NCBI RefSeq assembly: GCF_006345805.1
Contig: NW_021831404.1
Coordinates: 190,149 to 254,148 of the forward strand
Source of the DNA: Octopus sinensis
Lineage: Eukaryota
Direction: 5' to 3'
Length of the DNA stretch: 64,000 bases
Numbering within the stretch: the first letter of the stretch is position 1; each line of letters begins with the position of its first letter. The notes under the pieces were generated by a model that searched no databases, was not told the DNA's origin, and saw only the letters and a program-made list of their open reading frames with translations. The position numbers and the translations under genes are program-made. Shown here one piece after another: positions 50,380 to 64,000 of the stretch.

Positions 50380-50839
50380 GCGTGTGTGTTTGTGTATGTT
50401 TGTGTGTGTGTGTGTGTGTGTGTGGGTGTGTGAGTAATGTCCATGTGAGGCCGTTGTGTGGTCATATCACTTCCTTTTCCTTTCTTCCGGCAGATAGGTC
50501 ACACTAGCTTAACAACAGGAAATAAATAAACCTCATTCTGATTCAGAAACTAAATTCTTCATCGCCATTGTTGACTGTCTGAGTAACTTACAATTATTTG
50601 TCTCCACGATCCAGGTTAAGATGCGTAACGACCTCGTGATGTAATAAATCGAAAGAATGCCTCATTCTCTTTATCCATTAAATTTTGGCTTGCATCCTAA
50701 GCAAAAACAACAGCACATCATGTAAGACTATTTCTCAGGTAACGGAACACTTCTAAATAATTAATTCGAAGCGAATGAATGAATGAATTAATTAATTCAC
50801 GCCGTCGCTACCAAAATATTAAATATTATTTATTTCCAG

Positions 50840-51032
50840 TCCGGGACTTGGTTAGTTTTGGTTTAAAGTTCTGTGACAAAGAAATGCCCATCTTGTTTCA
50901 TGGTTTCCATCGTTAGAAATAATAATAAATAAATAAAAAAATTTAAGCTGGAAGTTGTGGTGGAACTGTCATTGTTCTCGTGGAACTTCAAGCCTTTGTT
51001 CATAAACGAAGATATACGAACTACGTTGATAT
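50840..51032 (+). other. Candidate non-coding 5' UTR exon of the ZNF gene
   Basis: Acceptor tatttatttccag at 50839 and donor AT|GTAAGT at 51033 in non-repeat sequence. ETS-like CTTCCGG (50484) and YY1-like CGCCATTGTT (50563) lie upstream. Splice signals only. Confidence 0.3.
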
Positions 51033-52261
51033 GTAAGTATTAAAAATACATTGAATTGGCAAGACTTATTTTTTGTATTTCCTTATTTTGGCCCGTATTC
51101 TTTTAGTCACACATTTGATAGTGAGTAGATCTATTCCGAAAGTGCTCCCTCCGTGACCATCTGGTTGGTAGCAGTGATCGAGTTTCATTAATAACAAGCG
51201 CCCGCATATCTCCATCTTCCTTCCTTCTTTCCTTCCTCCATCCATCCACCCATACATACAGACACATACACACACATACATAGACTTTTTCTATTCCTGA
51301 GCGTTATACTAATACATCTGTTTGTTTTGTACACCACCTGTCTCCGTCTTTTGTTTTTTTTCGTAAACTCTCCCTATACATACATACATACATACATACA
51401 TAGATGAATACATACATACATACATTCGTACATACATACATTCATACATCATACATACATCATACATACATACATCATACATACATACATCATACATACA
51501 TACATCATACATACATACATCATACATACATACATCATACATACATACATACATACATACATACACACATACAGAGAGACACATACCTACATACGTCTTC
51601 TGCTATAGTGCTGGGTCAACCAATTCCTTGTGAGTAGACGGAAACTGGAAGTTCGTTGTGTGTGTGTGTGCGTACAGTACGTGCAGGCATGTGTTTCGTT
51701 GCACCCATGAACTTGACAACTGGTGTTGTTTTGTTTACGTCCCCATAATCTCGCAGGTCGACAAAACCGACTGATAGCACCAAAAAATTAAAAAAAAAAG
51801 GCCCGCAAGCCCATATGTAAAAAAAAAAGGAGTTTTTTACGGAAATCGACGGAAAGGTCTACTAGAAACGAAAGATTGCCAAAAGGCCCTTAAAAGGAAT
51901 AAGTACAGGGATCGATTTGATCGATAGAATAAGTACTAGGCTGACAAAGAATAAGTCGTGGGGCCGATGTGCTCGACTAAAGGTGGTACTCCAGCATGGC
52001 CACAGTCAAATGACTGAAACAAGTAAAAGTTAGTAAAGAGTATAGTCTAAAGATGTAACTCTTGTGAATCTGAAGACTTCTCGTAAGGTTGTATGATATT
52101 TTTTTTTGTAAAGTATTAACCCTTTTGATACCAACCTGCCTGAGACCAACCCTGGTTCTGTGAAACAATTTCACTGCTTTAAATTGATTTAATTTAGTAT
52201 CTGCCATCAGAATTTTGTGCTACTTTATGTTCTGAGCACCAGCTTAACCCTTTAACATTCT

Positions 52262-53250
52262 GATATATGAAAGACAGAGTAAAAGGTAGACTGAATGACG
52301 TATGTGTACGAACAGCCATGCTACATGGCAGTGAAGCATGGGCTGTGACTGCTGAGGACATGCGTAAGCTCGCAAGGAATGAAGCCAGTATGCTCCGATG
52401 GATGTGTAATGCCAGTGTGCATACTTGACAGAGTGTAAGTACCTTGAGAGAAAAGTTGGACCTAAGAAGCATCAGATGTGGTGTGCAAGGGAGACGACTG
52501 CACTGGTATGGCCATGTGGCGAGAATGGATGAGGATAGCTGTATGAAAAAGTGTCACATCCTAACAGTTGATGGAAGACCTGGGATGAGGTGGTGAAACA
52601 TGACCTTCGAACATTAGGCCTCACCGAGGCAATGACTAGTGACCGAGACCTTTGGAAATATGCAGTGCGTGAGAAGACCCGGCAAGCCAAGTGATTTCAT
52701 AACACATGGCCTATGCCAGGGGTGTAACCAGCCCACTTATGCATACCTTTCCTTCCTTGGACACTAAACTCTGCTTGTGAAGACCTGTTGAGCCAAGTGA
52801 AATCGAAATCAAATCAAATTCGCTAATTTGATGACTGGCACCCATGCCAGTGGAGCACTAAGAGCACCATCCGAGCATGATTGCTGCCTGAGCAGGTCAC
52901 TGATCATTACCAGTGTCGCCTTAGTGGCACTTGTGCCTGTGGCATGTGAAAAAACATTCGAGCGAGGTTGTTTCCAGTGCTGCTGGACTGGTTCCTGTGC
53001 AGGTGACATGTAAAAAGCACCACTTGAACGTGGCCACTGCCAGTACCACCTGACTGGCCCTCGTGCTGGTGGCATGTAAAAGCACCCATTACACTCTCAG
53101 AATGGTTGGCATTAGGAAGGGCATCCAGCTGGAGAAACTCTGCCAGATCAGATTGGAGCCTGGTGCAGCCATCTGGTTCGCCAGTCCTCACTCAAATCGT
53201 CCAACCCATGCTAACATGGAAAGCAGACGTTAAACGTTGATGATGATGAT
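52262..53250 (+). mobile_element. RTE-clade LINE 3' fragment
   Basis: Homologous to 6660-7490, including the WDEVVKHDL segment and (GAT)n tail. Confidence 0.85.
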
Positions 53251-53806
53251 GACAATGATATGGCTTCTCTTAGATACAAGCTTATTCATTCATGTTATTT
53301 TGAATTAATTATGCATTATCTCAAAGCTTCAAGGTTATGATGATATGATTGTATATTTTTAGAATGACATTGTAGGTTAGGTGTGAGAGGCCAGATCCAT
53401 CTAGTTTGAACGTAGACCAAGTTGAATATTTGGACTGGATACAGCTGGTTTAAATACTTAAGGATTAATTATGAAAAGTTATTATCTTTATTTTTTATAC
53501 TTATTTCAGTCATTAGACAGTAGCCATACTGGAGTACTGTCTTGAAGAGTTTTTAGTCAAATGAATGGACCCCAGTCTTTTTTTTTCTATCAGTGTCTTT
53601 TGCCAAAACATTAAGTTACAGGGATGTAAACAAACCAACACTGGTTGCCAAGCAGTGATGGAGTGCAAAGAGAGATAAAAATAACCCAGACATATAGTTG
53701 TATATATATATATGTGTATACAATGGGCTTCTTTCAGTTTCTGTCTATGTAATCCATTCACAAGGCTTTGGTCAGCCTGTGGCTATAGTAGCAGACCCTT
53801 GCTTAA

Positions 53807-54026
53807 CCCTTTCGTAACTGTATTTATTTTGAGATGCTCTGTGTTTCTTTCAATTAATTTAAATATAACAAAGAATTTAGTAAAATAATTTAGTTATCAT
53901 TAAGCAAGTGTTAGGAACATAAATTGTGACGAAGGTTTGGTGGAAGATTTTAATTCAAAACATATGAAAACAAGACATTTGTACTCGGAGCCAGAGCCGG
54001 TTTCAGCCGGATTGGTAACGAAAGGG
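53807..54026. mobile_element. piggyBac-like MITE inserted in a SINE-A copy
   Basis: TTAA|CCCTTTCG...CGAAAGGG|TTAA. Confidence 0.85.
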
Positions 54027-54222
54027 TTAAGGTGCCATACAATGGGACTGAACTCAGAACCAAGTAGTTGGGAAATAAATGTCTTATATATATAGCCATG
54101 CTTGTGTCTAGCATGCTAAATTCTTCAATAGTTTCGAAATTAATTTAAAAAAAAGGCAAAGTATTTAAACCTTTACTATTCAGATTACTTTGTGAAATGT
54201 TATGCTTATTTATTCACACTGT

Positions 54223-54581
54223 TCGTGGAAGCGCAATGGCCCAGTGGTTAGGGCAGCGGACTCGCGGTCGTAGGATCGCGGTTTCGATTCCCAGACCGGG
54301 CGTTGTGAGTGTTTATTGAGCGAAAACGCCTAAAGCGCCACGAGGCTCCGGCAGGGATGGTGGTGATCCCTGCTGTACTCTTTCACCACAACTTTCTCTC
54401 ACTCTTACTTCCTGTTTCTGTTGTACCTGTATTTCAAAGGGCCAACCTTGTCACTCTCTGTGTCACGCTGAATATCCCCGAGAACTACGTTAAGGGTACA
54501 CATGTCTGTGGAGTGCTCAGCCACTTACACGTTAATTTCACGAGCAGGCTGCTCTGTTGATCAGATCAACCGGAACCCTCA
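54223..54581 (+). mobile_element. tRNA-headed SINE family C with target-site duplication
   Basis: Head GCGCAATGGCCCAGTGGTTAGG...GGTTTCGATTCCC; TATTCACACTGT duplicated at 54211 and 54586. Minus copies near 20915-21183, 43742-44080 and 55062-55345. Confidence 0.85.
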
Positions 54582-55341
54582 TTCATATTCACACTGTATT
54601 GAATTGATCATAAATTAACTTGTAACTTTTTAGAATGACATTGTAGGTTAGGTGTGAGAGGCCACAATAATGTGATAGATTGACATTGTATGGTAGGTGT
54701 GAAAGGTCAGATCTGGCCAGTTTGAACACAAAGCAGGTAGAATATTTTCGCTGGATATGGCCAGTTTAAATGCTAAAAGATAGGCAAAGATATCGTAATA
54801 AAAGGGTTTACAAACAAAATTCAGTTGTTTTATATCCATAGTTTATCAGTATAGAACTACGGAAATATCACACTGTAGAACCTTTTACTTCTTAAGTTCA
54901 GAACTTATACTTTATAAATATCTTTAACTTACACTGTTTATTTCTCTATTATTTCAGATTATCAAGTGACGCTGGCATTGAAATAATTCCATTCTTAATA
55001 AGCATCAAAAGTTTTTTTCATCTGTTTAAAAATATATATATATATATATATCATGTGATCATGTGACCGACCAGACCATCAGATGTTGTTACACATCGCT
55101 GGTCACAATGCGTTCGCATTGTTTTAGCCTTTGAATGACGCCACCCCGCTGGCTAAGCGAGCAGGCCAACAGAAGAAAGAGTGGTGAAAGAGTACAGCAG
55201 GGATCGCCACCCCCTGCCGGAGCGTCGTGGAGCTTTTAGGTGTTTTCGCTCAATAAACACTCACAACGCCCGGTCTGGGAATCGAAACCGTGATCCTACG
55301 ACCACAAGTCCACTGCCCTAACCACTGGGCCATTGTGCCTC

Positions 55342-55374
<33 letters not shown>

Positions 55375-55642
55375 GTGTGGATGAATTACTATGAAACATT
55401 TCCAATGAAATGAGATTAGAAACAACATTTCTCTACTCTTCTACCTGGAGTGTGTACAAGACAATCTTGCATTCTAATTAAATGTGGAAAATTTATTGAA
55501 GATGTAACTGGCTCCCCTGTGTAAGAAATCTAAGACCAAGATCACGGTGGCTGGAATGTAGTTGAAGAAATATTTGAAAGAAATCAGATATTGAACTTAA
55601 CACAAAATAAATATCCATATATTATAGTTACAGCAGAAGATT

Positions 55643-56839
55643 ATGGAAAATGAATTGTGTGAGACCCAGGTTATTTATAAAACGCATTCCAAAAGGACCG
55701 AATTTCCTGATGAGATTCTGAAACAGATAGGAAAAACATCATACTACTGTGATATCTGTAAAAAGTCATTCTCTAAAAAAAGTAACCTAACACGACATGA
55801 ACGTATTCATACAGGGGAGAAGCCATATCATTGTGATATCTGTGGTAAATCATTCTCTCAAAATAGTGTCTTGACTACTCACATACGTATTCATACAGGA
55901 GAGAAGCCATATCATTGTGATATCTGTGGTAAATCATTCTCTGAAAGTGGTAACTTAACTACTCATAAACACGTTCATACGGAAGAGAAACTGTATCACT
56001 GTGATATCTGTGGTAAATCTTTCTCTACAGTTGGTAATCTAGCTACTCACAAACATATTCATACAGAAGAGAAACCATATCACTGTGATATATATAGTAA
56101 GTTATTCTCTGAAAGTAGTAAAGTAACTACTCGTAAGCATATTCATGCTGGAGAGAAGCCATATCACTGTGATATCTGTGGTAAATCATTCTCTACGTCG
56201 TTTCTGTCAACTTCTCACAAACGTATTCATACAGGAGAGAAGCCATATCACTGCGATATCTGTGGCAAATCATTCTCCATAGGTAGTAATTTAACTATTC
56301 ATAAACGTATTCATACAGGAGAGAAACCATATCACTGTGATATCTGTGGTAAATCATTCTCTCAAAGTAGTGTCTTAACCACTCACATACGTATTCATAC
56401 AGGGGAAAGGCCGTATCACTGTGACATTTGTGGAAAATCATTCTCTGTTACATGCAGCTTAACTAAACACATACGAATTCACACAGGAGAGAGGCCATAT
56501 CACTGTGATATCTGTGGTAAATCATTCTCCATAGATAGCCATTTAACAACTCACAAACGTATTCATACAGGAGAGAAGCCATATCTCTGCGATATCTGTG
56601 GTAAAACATTCTCTCGAAGAAGTTACTTGAATTCTCACAAATGCATTCATGCAAGCAATAAACCATTTCTTTGTGATATCTGTGATATTTCATTCTCTCA
56701 AAAGGGCGAGTTAACTTCTCACAAACATACTCACACAGGAGGTAAACCATACCTCTGTGATATCTGTGATAAGTCATTTTCTGGGAAAGGTGGTTTAACT
56801 CGACACAAACTCATCCATATGGAAGAGAAGCAGTGCTAA
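55643..56839 (+). CDS. Tandem C2H2 zinc-finger protein, 398 aa, 13 fingers (finger 5 degenerate); no KRAB/BTB/SCAN domain seen
   Basis: Repeated [11 protein letters not shown]......HxRIH with TGEKP linkers. Uninterrupted ORF, candidate acceptors at 54957 and 55633/55636, AATAAA at 57230. Style matches the expanded octopus C2H2 family (established knowledge). Confidence 0.97.
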   Translation: MENELCETQVIYKTHSKRTEFPDEILKQIGKTSYYCDICKKSFSKKSNLTRHERIHTGEKPYHCDICGKSFSQNSVLTTHIRIHTGEKPYHCDICGKSFSESGNLTTHKHVHTEEKLYHCDICGKSFSTVGNLATHKHIHTEEKPYHCDIYSKLFSESSKVTTRKHIHAGEKPYHCDICGKSFSTSFLSTSHKRIHTGEKPYHCDICGKSFSIGSNLTIHKRIHTGEKPYHCDICGKSFSQSSVLTTHIRIHTGERPYHCDICGKSFSVTCSLTKHIRIHTGERPYHCDICGKSFSIDSHLTTHKRIHTGEKPYLCDICGKTFSRRSYLNSHKCIHASNKPFLCDICDISFSQKGELTSHKHTHTGGKPYLCDICDKSFSGKGGLTRHKLIHMEEKQC

Positions 56840-57523
56840 ATTTTTCTCACAGAATCCATTTTTCACACAGAACAATAAGTACAATGCATTGGTACATTTC
56901 ATCTGGAAGAAATACTTTGTTCAAACTTTATGATACCAAAATGCCTGAGAAAGACTCTGGTTTTATGATACAAGTTCTGTTTTAAAGTGATTTGAATTAA
57001 AATCTCCCATCAAAATTTCATTCCAAACCCCATCTTAATATTGACAAAGTTATTTTACTAGATTCTTTCTTATTTTCAAAATTAATTCAAACAAAGATTG
57101 TGTTTTTCGACAAAAAGGATATATTCTCAAAGGAGAGATGATGTAATGGTATAATAACTATTCAATACTATTATATAGAATTGAAAATGAATCTACATTG
57201 GTGAGATTAACTTCCTCTGTAATATTTTTAATAAAAACATTTATTCAGAATATTCATATATATTTCATTTTAGAAATTTCTAAAGAAAAAAAAAATTACC
57301 ACTGATTTATTTGATATTGTCAGCAGAAACTGAGAAATGTCTTTGTCCTAAATTAAAAATTACATCACTGTACAACTTGCTTTAAATAAAATACACAAAC
57401 CATACAAAAAATATTTCATAGTACTGTAAGATAATATATATGAGATCTTATGTGTTCTAAATCTTGTATTCATTCATTCTTTCATATATTTTATGTATAT
57501 TCTGGTCTGAAATTGATAGTGTA

Positions 57524-57566
<43 letters not shown>

Positions 57567-57809
57567 TACAGGGTTTGCTCCTCAAATTGGACATTACCTA
57601 TTCAATCTTGTCAATATCATCCTCAAATTCATCATTCTCACTTATATTATATTCAGTCTTGACTACATTTTCAGCTTTCTCAATTTCATCAACTTTGATT
57701 TTGCCATTAGCTTTCATTTCACTATGGTCAACTTAAATTTAATGTTTATCAGAAGTATTGTTCTCCACCTGTCGTAGCCAACCAGAGGAAGAAAATTTTA
57801 AATGATATT

Positions 57810-57995
57810 AGAAAACTAATTGTGACAAATTATAATAAAGTTTGTACTGTGACTGAAATTGTCTCCATATTAGATAGCCTTCGGGCAAGCATTCAAAATA
57901 TTATTTTAGTTTGCAAACAGAAAGAACGTATTGAACAAAAAAATCAAGGAGGTTTCCAAACCAGTAAAATTTCAAAAGATATTAAAATCTTAAGT
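57810..57995 (+). mobile_element. Possible Tc1-like transposase N-terminal HTH remnant
   Basis: IRKLIVTNYNKVCTVTEIVSILDSLRASIQNIILVCKQKERIEQKNQGG resembles the paired-like HTH of Tc1 elements; no catalytic part seen. Confidence 0.35.
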
Positions 57996-58021
57996 AGATG
58001 AAAATTGTCATATATATTTAA

Positions 58022-58224
58022 TCCTTTTTATACCAACCTACCTGAGACTGATCTTAGTTCTTTGATACAAGTTTCTTATTTTAAAGGAATCAAAATTTCA
58101 TGTTAATTCATGTTTTAAACACAAACTTAATTACAACAAAGTTGCTTCATCGAATTCTTCATCATTTTCAAAATTTATTCAAACAATGACAGTGTACTTC
58201 AACAGAAATATGGTAACAAAAGGG
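58022..58224. mobile_element. piggyBac-like MITE (second family)
   Basis: TTAA-flanked, ends AAAAGGG|TTAA. Confidence 0.7.
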
Positions 58225-59444
58225 TTAAAAATGCTGTCCAATGTGGTTTTTGTGTATTTGAATGTGAAGTTGTCAAAAACAGGTGTTTATAAATGCAATA
58301 AAAGTCTCCTTTACACATTCAAGAGGTCTAATGGAATTTATTCAAACAATGACAGTGGCACCTTGGGCAAGTGTCTTCTACTATAGCCTCGGGCCGACCA
58401 AGGCCTTGTGAGTGGATTTGGTAGACGGAAACTGAAAGAAGCCCGTCGTATATATGTATATATTTATATATGCGTGTATGTGTTTGTCCCCCAAGCATTG
58501 CTTGACAACCGATGCTGGTGTGTTTATGTCCCCGTCACTTAGCGGTTTGGCAAAAGAGACCGATAGAATAAGTACTGGGCTTACAAAAGAATAAGTCCCA
58601 GGGTCGATTTTCTCGATTAAAGGCGGTGCTCCAGCATGGCCGCAGTCAAATGACTGAAACAAGTAAAAAGAGAGAAAAAAAAAATGTGTGTCTCACTCCA
58701 AGCCCTAAGATCAGTCTCAAGCAGGTTGGTATCAAAAGGGGTTAAAGATATGACATTTTTCAGCCACTTAAGACTGTATAAAGATTTTAATATCTTTTGA
58801 AATTTTACTACTTTGAAAACCTCCTCAATTTTTTTTTGTTCAAAACGTTCTCTCTGTTTGTATCATTACTCCTTTTACTCTTTTTACTTGTTTCAGTCAT
58901 TCGACTGTGGCCATGCTGGAGCACCGCCTTTAGCTGAGCAATTCGACCCCAGGTTTTATTCTTTGTTAGCCTAGTACTTATTCTATCGGTTTCTTTTTTG
59001 CCAAACCACTAAGTTACGGGGACGTAAACACACCAGCATCGGTTGTCAAGCGATGTTGGGGAGGACACACACACACATAAACATATACACACGCATACAT
59101 ATATATACATATATACGACGGGTTTCTTTCAGTTTCCGTCTACCAAATCCACTTGAGGATTTGGTCGACCCGAGGTTATAGTAGAAGACACTTGCCCAAG
59201 GTGCCACGCAGTGGGACTGAACCCAGAATCATGTGGCTGGTAAGCAAGCTACTTACCACACAGCCACTCTTGTGCCTAAATAACAGTTTTAAACACTTGC
59301 CTGAAGACGTTCTAATATGGAGGTGATTTCAGTTACAGTGCAATCTTCATTACAATTTGACACAATCAGTCTTCTAACATCATTTATATTTTTCTTCTTC
59401 TGCTTGGTGTACTTATAAGTGTTAATGCACTAAAACTTTTTTTT

Positions 59445-60340
59445 ACTCATGGATGTATAATGTCAATGTGCATACTCGACAGAGTGTGAGTACCTTGAGA
59501 GAAAAATTGGACCTAAGAAGCATCAGATGTGGTGTGCAAGGGAGACGACTGCACTCGTATGGTCATGTGGCGAGAATGGATGAGGATAGATGTATGAAAA
59601 AGTGTCACACCCTAGCGGTTGAGGGAACCTGTAGAAGAGGTAGACCCAGGAAGACCTGGGATGAGGTGGTGAAGCATGACCTTCGAACATTAGGCCTCAC
59701 CGAGGCAATGACTAGTGACTGAGACCTTTGGAAATATGCTGTGCTTGAGAAGACCTGACAAGTCAAGTGAGATCATAACCTTGTGGCCTAGGCCAGAGGT
59801 GTAACCAGTCCACTTATGCATGCTTTTCCTTCATTGGACACTAAACTCTGCTTGTGAAGACCTGTTGAGCCAAGTGAAATTTAAAAATCGAAATCAAATT
59901 CGATGACTGCATCCATGCTAGTGGAGCACTAAGAGTACCATGGCCAGAGCAACAAGCTGGCACATTAAAAACACCATTCAAGCGTGATCATTACTTGTGT
60001 CGCCTTACTAGCATTTGTGCTGGTGGCATGTGAAAAAACATTCGAACGAGGTCGTTGCCAGTGCCGCTCATCTGGCTCCTGTGCAGGTGACACATAGAAA
60101 GCACCATTTGAGCATGGCCATTGCTAGTACCTCCTGACTGGCCCTCGGGCCAGTAGCACGTAAAAGCACCCACTACACTCTCAGAGTGGTTGGCGTTAGG
60201 AAGGACATCCAGCTGTAGAAACTCTGTCAGATCAGATTGGAGTCTAGTGCAGCTATCTGGTTCGCCAGACCTCAGTCAAATCGTCCAACCCCTGCTAACA
60301 TGGAGACTGGTCATTAAACTATGATGATGATGATGATGAT
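59445..60340 (+). mobile_element. RTE-clade LINE 3' fragment
   Basis: ORF ...YGHVARMDEDRCMKKCHTLAVEGTCRRGRPRKTWDEVVKHDL plus 3' UTR and (GAT)n. UTR-only copies also occur near 1800-2140, 2640-2980, 23245-23710 and 31770-32258. Confidence 0.9.
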
Positions 60341-61138
60341 ATATTCTTTAGTTAACCAGGATACCATCAGTTTCATGGTTAGTGATATCTCTCTCTTACC
60401 ATGGAACCAATAGTAGCCTGGTTAACCACAAAATAAAAATATTTATCCACCAATATTAGTGTTGAGCACTCATTCTCACTGTTTGATATTAATATATATA
60501 TATAAATATTTTTTTAATTTTATTTATTTATTTATTTTTTATTTTATCTAGTTTCAGCTCACGAGCTGTGGCCATGCTGGGGCACCGCCATATATTCACT
60601 AAATAAGCCATAAATTTTTATATATATATATACTGACAACCGAATTTAGCCAAACCATCAAGTAAGCCTACAACTGATAGGCAAAACTAATCTAATCTAC
60701 TGATCGTAGGGGGTGATCATGGGGTGGTTTTCTCCCCTTCAGTGTATATATATTGCATGCTTCTTACAGCATTCGGTGTTTTTAACTTATTTCTTGCAAT
60801 ATAGGTGCCTTGGCACCCTCTGTCACAATTAGTAATGATAAAATTTTTCGTTTATGGTATTATATTGCCTCTAGCTGTTGATATTAATTTTTAGTATATA
60901 TATATATATATATATATATATACTCTTTTACTCTTTTCAGTCATTTGACTGTGGCCATGCTGGAGCACCGCCTTTAGTCGAGCAAATCGACCCCAGAACT
61001 TATTCTTTGTAAGACTTATTCTATCGGCCTCTTTTGCTGAACCGCTAAGTTACAGGGACGTAAACACACTAGCATCGGTTGTCAAGTGATGTTAGGGGAG
61101 GGGGGGGCAAACACAGACACACAAACATATACACACAC

Positions 61139-61169
<31 letters not shown>

Positions 61170-61263
61170 TATATACAAAATAAGAAAATGGAGAAATACA
61201 TCTAGTATATTGGATATATGTTATCCCATGGAGGGTTGCATTTACAACCCCTATCTCAATTTG

Positions 61264-61303
<40 letters not shown>

Positions 61304-61681
61304 TATATACGACGGGCTTCTTTCAGTTTCCGTCTACCAAATCCACTCACAAGGCTTTGGTTGGCCCGAAGCTATAGTAGAAGACACTTGCCCATTAGCC
61401 ATGCAGTTGGACTGAACCTGGAACCATGTGGTTTGTAAGCAAACTACTTACCACACAGCCACTCCAATATATATATGGCGTTAGGAAGGGCATCCAGCCG
61501 TAGAAACACTGCCAGATTTGACTGGGCCTGGCGCAGCGTTCTGGCTTCACAGACCCCAGTAGAACCGTCCAACCCATGCTAGCATGGAAAACGAACGCTA
61601 AACGACGATGATGATGATGATATATTCTTATGCTAGCCACTTGATAAGATCAGTATTTTAAATAACGATCTTATCCTTATT

Positions 61682-61720
<39 letters not shown>

Positions 61721-62419
61721 CAGGCTTCTTTCAATTCCTGACTATCAAATCTCACAAAGATTTGGTTGCGCCAGGGTTATAGTAGGAGACATTTTTTAAG
61801 GTTCTGCACAGCCACTCAATGCTTTGTGAGTGAATTTAGTAGACAAAAACTAGAAGAATGATGTTAAGAGATGCTGCTAATGATATATACACACACACAC
61901 ATACAGATATAGATAGATAGACTGAGATAAATAGACTAGAATAGAGGGGGAGAGAAAAGAGAAAGAAATATGCATGTACCAGCTTTTGAATCCATCACCA
62001 CCATCTTGAATACAAAACTCTCTCAAGCCACATCGTTACTACATTTCCAAAAACACTCCCCTTCCTGTAAACCAGGTGGACCTCTTGTGCATTTAACGAG
62101 CCATAACAAATCATGCAGGGCCTGTGTAAATAGTGCGGTGTTTTAAGTGTGAATCACACGCCAGGGGGTACTAAACACTCCCCTCAAAAAAAAAATCCGA
62201 TTAAGAACGGATGTGAAAATATAGAGAAGAGAGAAATATACTTGTGTGTATATCTGTGTGTACGTGTGTCCGTTATACTGTGTGTGAAAGTGTGAATGGA
62301 TGTAATATGGTGTATGCGGATAGGTTTTAGCGTGTGGCTGTGTGTGTGTGTGCGTGTATGCGCTGGATTAAGAATGGATAATTAATAAACTATTGCATAT
62401 TGCACATATATATAGCTAC

Positions 62420-62461
<42 letters not shown>

Positions 62462-64000
62462 TGCCCCAGGGTGGCCAGTCTAATGACTGAAACAAGTAAA
62501 AGATAAAAGATATACATACATGTATATGTGTGTGTGTGTGTATAAATATATATGTGTGTGTGTGTATATATACACACACACACATACATACATGCATATA
62601 TACACATGCACATTACTGACATGTTCATGCATAAACACACGCATGTAAACATGTATGTATATTTTTATTTTCATACATTTATGTATGCATGCATACACAC
62701 ACACACACACACAAACAGAAGCTGACAGACATTTTTTATGTAAACCATAAACAGTTATGCTCACACACACACACGCATACACATGTAAACAATATATGTG
62801 CATGTATATGCACTCATACACACACGCACACATGTAATTTAGTTATTGCTTTAAGCGTATACAAATACATATAAGTGTGAAGTGTACACATGTATGTTTG
62901 TGTGTGTGTGTGTGTGTGTGTATGTTTGCGTGTATGTGTGTGTGTGTGTATTTAGTTGTGTGTTTGCGTGTGTGTGTGAACAGAGGTTTTCAAAATGTTA
63001 AATGCTTTGTAATACAATTCCTCCAACTTCTGAAATAGTAATCAAGGTCAAAAGAGAATTGTCACACAAGACTGGTTCAATTCCCGTCAGTTCTCATCAC
63101 GTGCATTTACCCCCCCCCCCCCCCCACCTCAACCTCCATCCCACCCACCCGGTCCCCACCCCCATAACATCTTATACTGTAGACTGTTCTTTATCATATT
63201 CTTTCTGCCTTTACTTTCTACTCTTTCCACCACCACCACCGCCACCACCACCACCACCGCCGCCGACTATTACTGTTTAGAAGCAATTGTGCAAAAGAGG
63301 AGAGAAAGAAGAGAGAAGGAGGTTAGAGGTAGGAGGTGAGGAAAGAGGGAGAAAGATGAGGGTGGTTGCCAGTTATGAGAATAAGAATAAGGAAAAGATG
63401 AATGGCGTGGCTGCGTGGTAAGAAGTTTACTTCCCAATCACATGGTCTCAGGTTCAGTCCTATTGCATGGCACCTTGGGCAAATGTCTTCCACTACAGAC
63501 TCGGACCAACCAAAGCTCTGTGAGTGGACTTGGGAGATGGAAACTGAACAAAGCTCATCTTACACTTACATACATACATATACATATATATATATTTATA
63601 TATATATATATATATGTGCAGATTTTAGGTCAGTTAAAATGACATATTTCAACTGCCAAAAGGCAAATTCACTGCTTGTTACTCTTTACTCTTTTACTTG
63701 TTTCAGTCATTTTATTGTGGCCATGCTGGAGTACCACCTTCAGTCGAGCAAATCAACCCCAGGACTTATTCTTTGTAAGCCTAGTACCTATTCTATTGGT
63801 CTCTTTTGCTGAACCGCTAAGTTACAGGGATGTAAACACACCAGCATTGGTTGTCAAGCGATGTTGGGGGGACAAACACAGACACACACAAACATACATA
63901 CATATATATATAATATACATATATCTATATACACAATATATATATACACACATATATATATATACACACATATATATATATACACACATATATATATAAC

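Noticed and set aside
54225-54300. tRNA genes at SINE heads (also 10320, 32298, 40850, 45940)
   Set aside because: A/B-box-like heads continue directly into SINE bodies with TSD or tails; no complete acceptor stem.
62157-62171. CTCF-like motif ACGCCAGGGGGTAC
   Set aside because: Partial match only; expected by chance in 64 kb.
63002-63280. Poly-proline ORF
   Set aside because: Derived from C-runs and (CCA)n repeats.

Overview
AT-rich, repeat-dense metazoan DNA. The zinc-finger style and SINE/Helitron families suggest a coleoid cephalopod such as Octopus (inference). Two genes are supported. (1) A sorting nexin of the SNX22/SNX24 family on the minus strand, with five coding exons reconstructed by hand (36310-36372, 13094-13177, 11524-11628, 4854-4942, 152-246); the last exon lies left of the window and intron 1 is about 23 kb. 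(2) An intronless-CDS C2H2 zinc-finger gene with 13 fingers, one broken (55643-56839, +). The rest is transposon-derived: three tRNA-headed SINE families, RTE/CR1/R4-Dong/CRE LINE ends, Penelope-like remnants, a decayed Helitron RepHel plus seven non-autonomous Helitrons, mariner remnants, and hAT/piggyBac/Tigger MITEs. Two observations stand out. First, five hammerhead-ribozyme motifs of four designs lie between 39 and 50 kb; one is a complete canonical type I hammerhead at 47273-47332 and another has a G3-C8 covariant core. Second, a pair of 27-bp minisatellite arrays in inverted orientation brackets SNX24 exon 2, the in-frame-skippable exon encoding the PX-domain RRY motif. All structures were read by eye; no searches or folding programs were run, and repeat boundaries are approximate unless a TSD or terminus is quoted.
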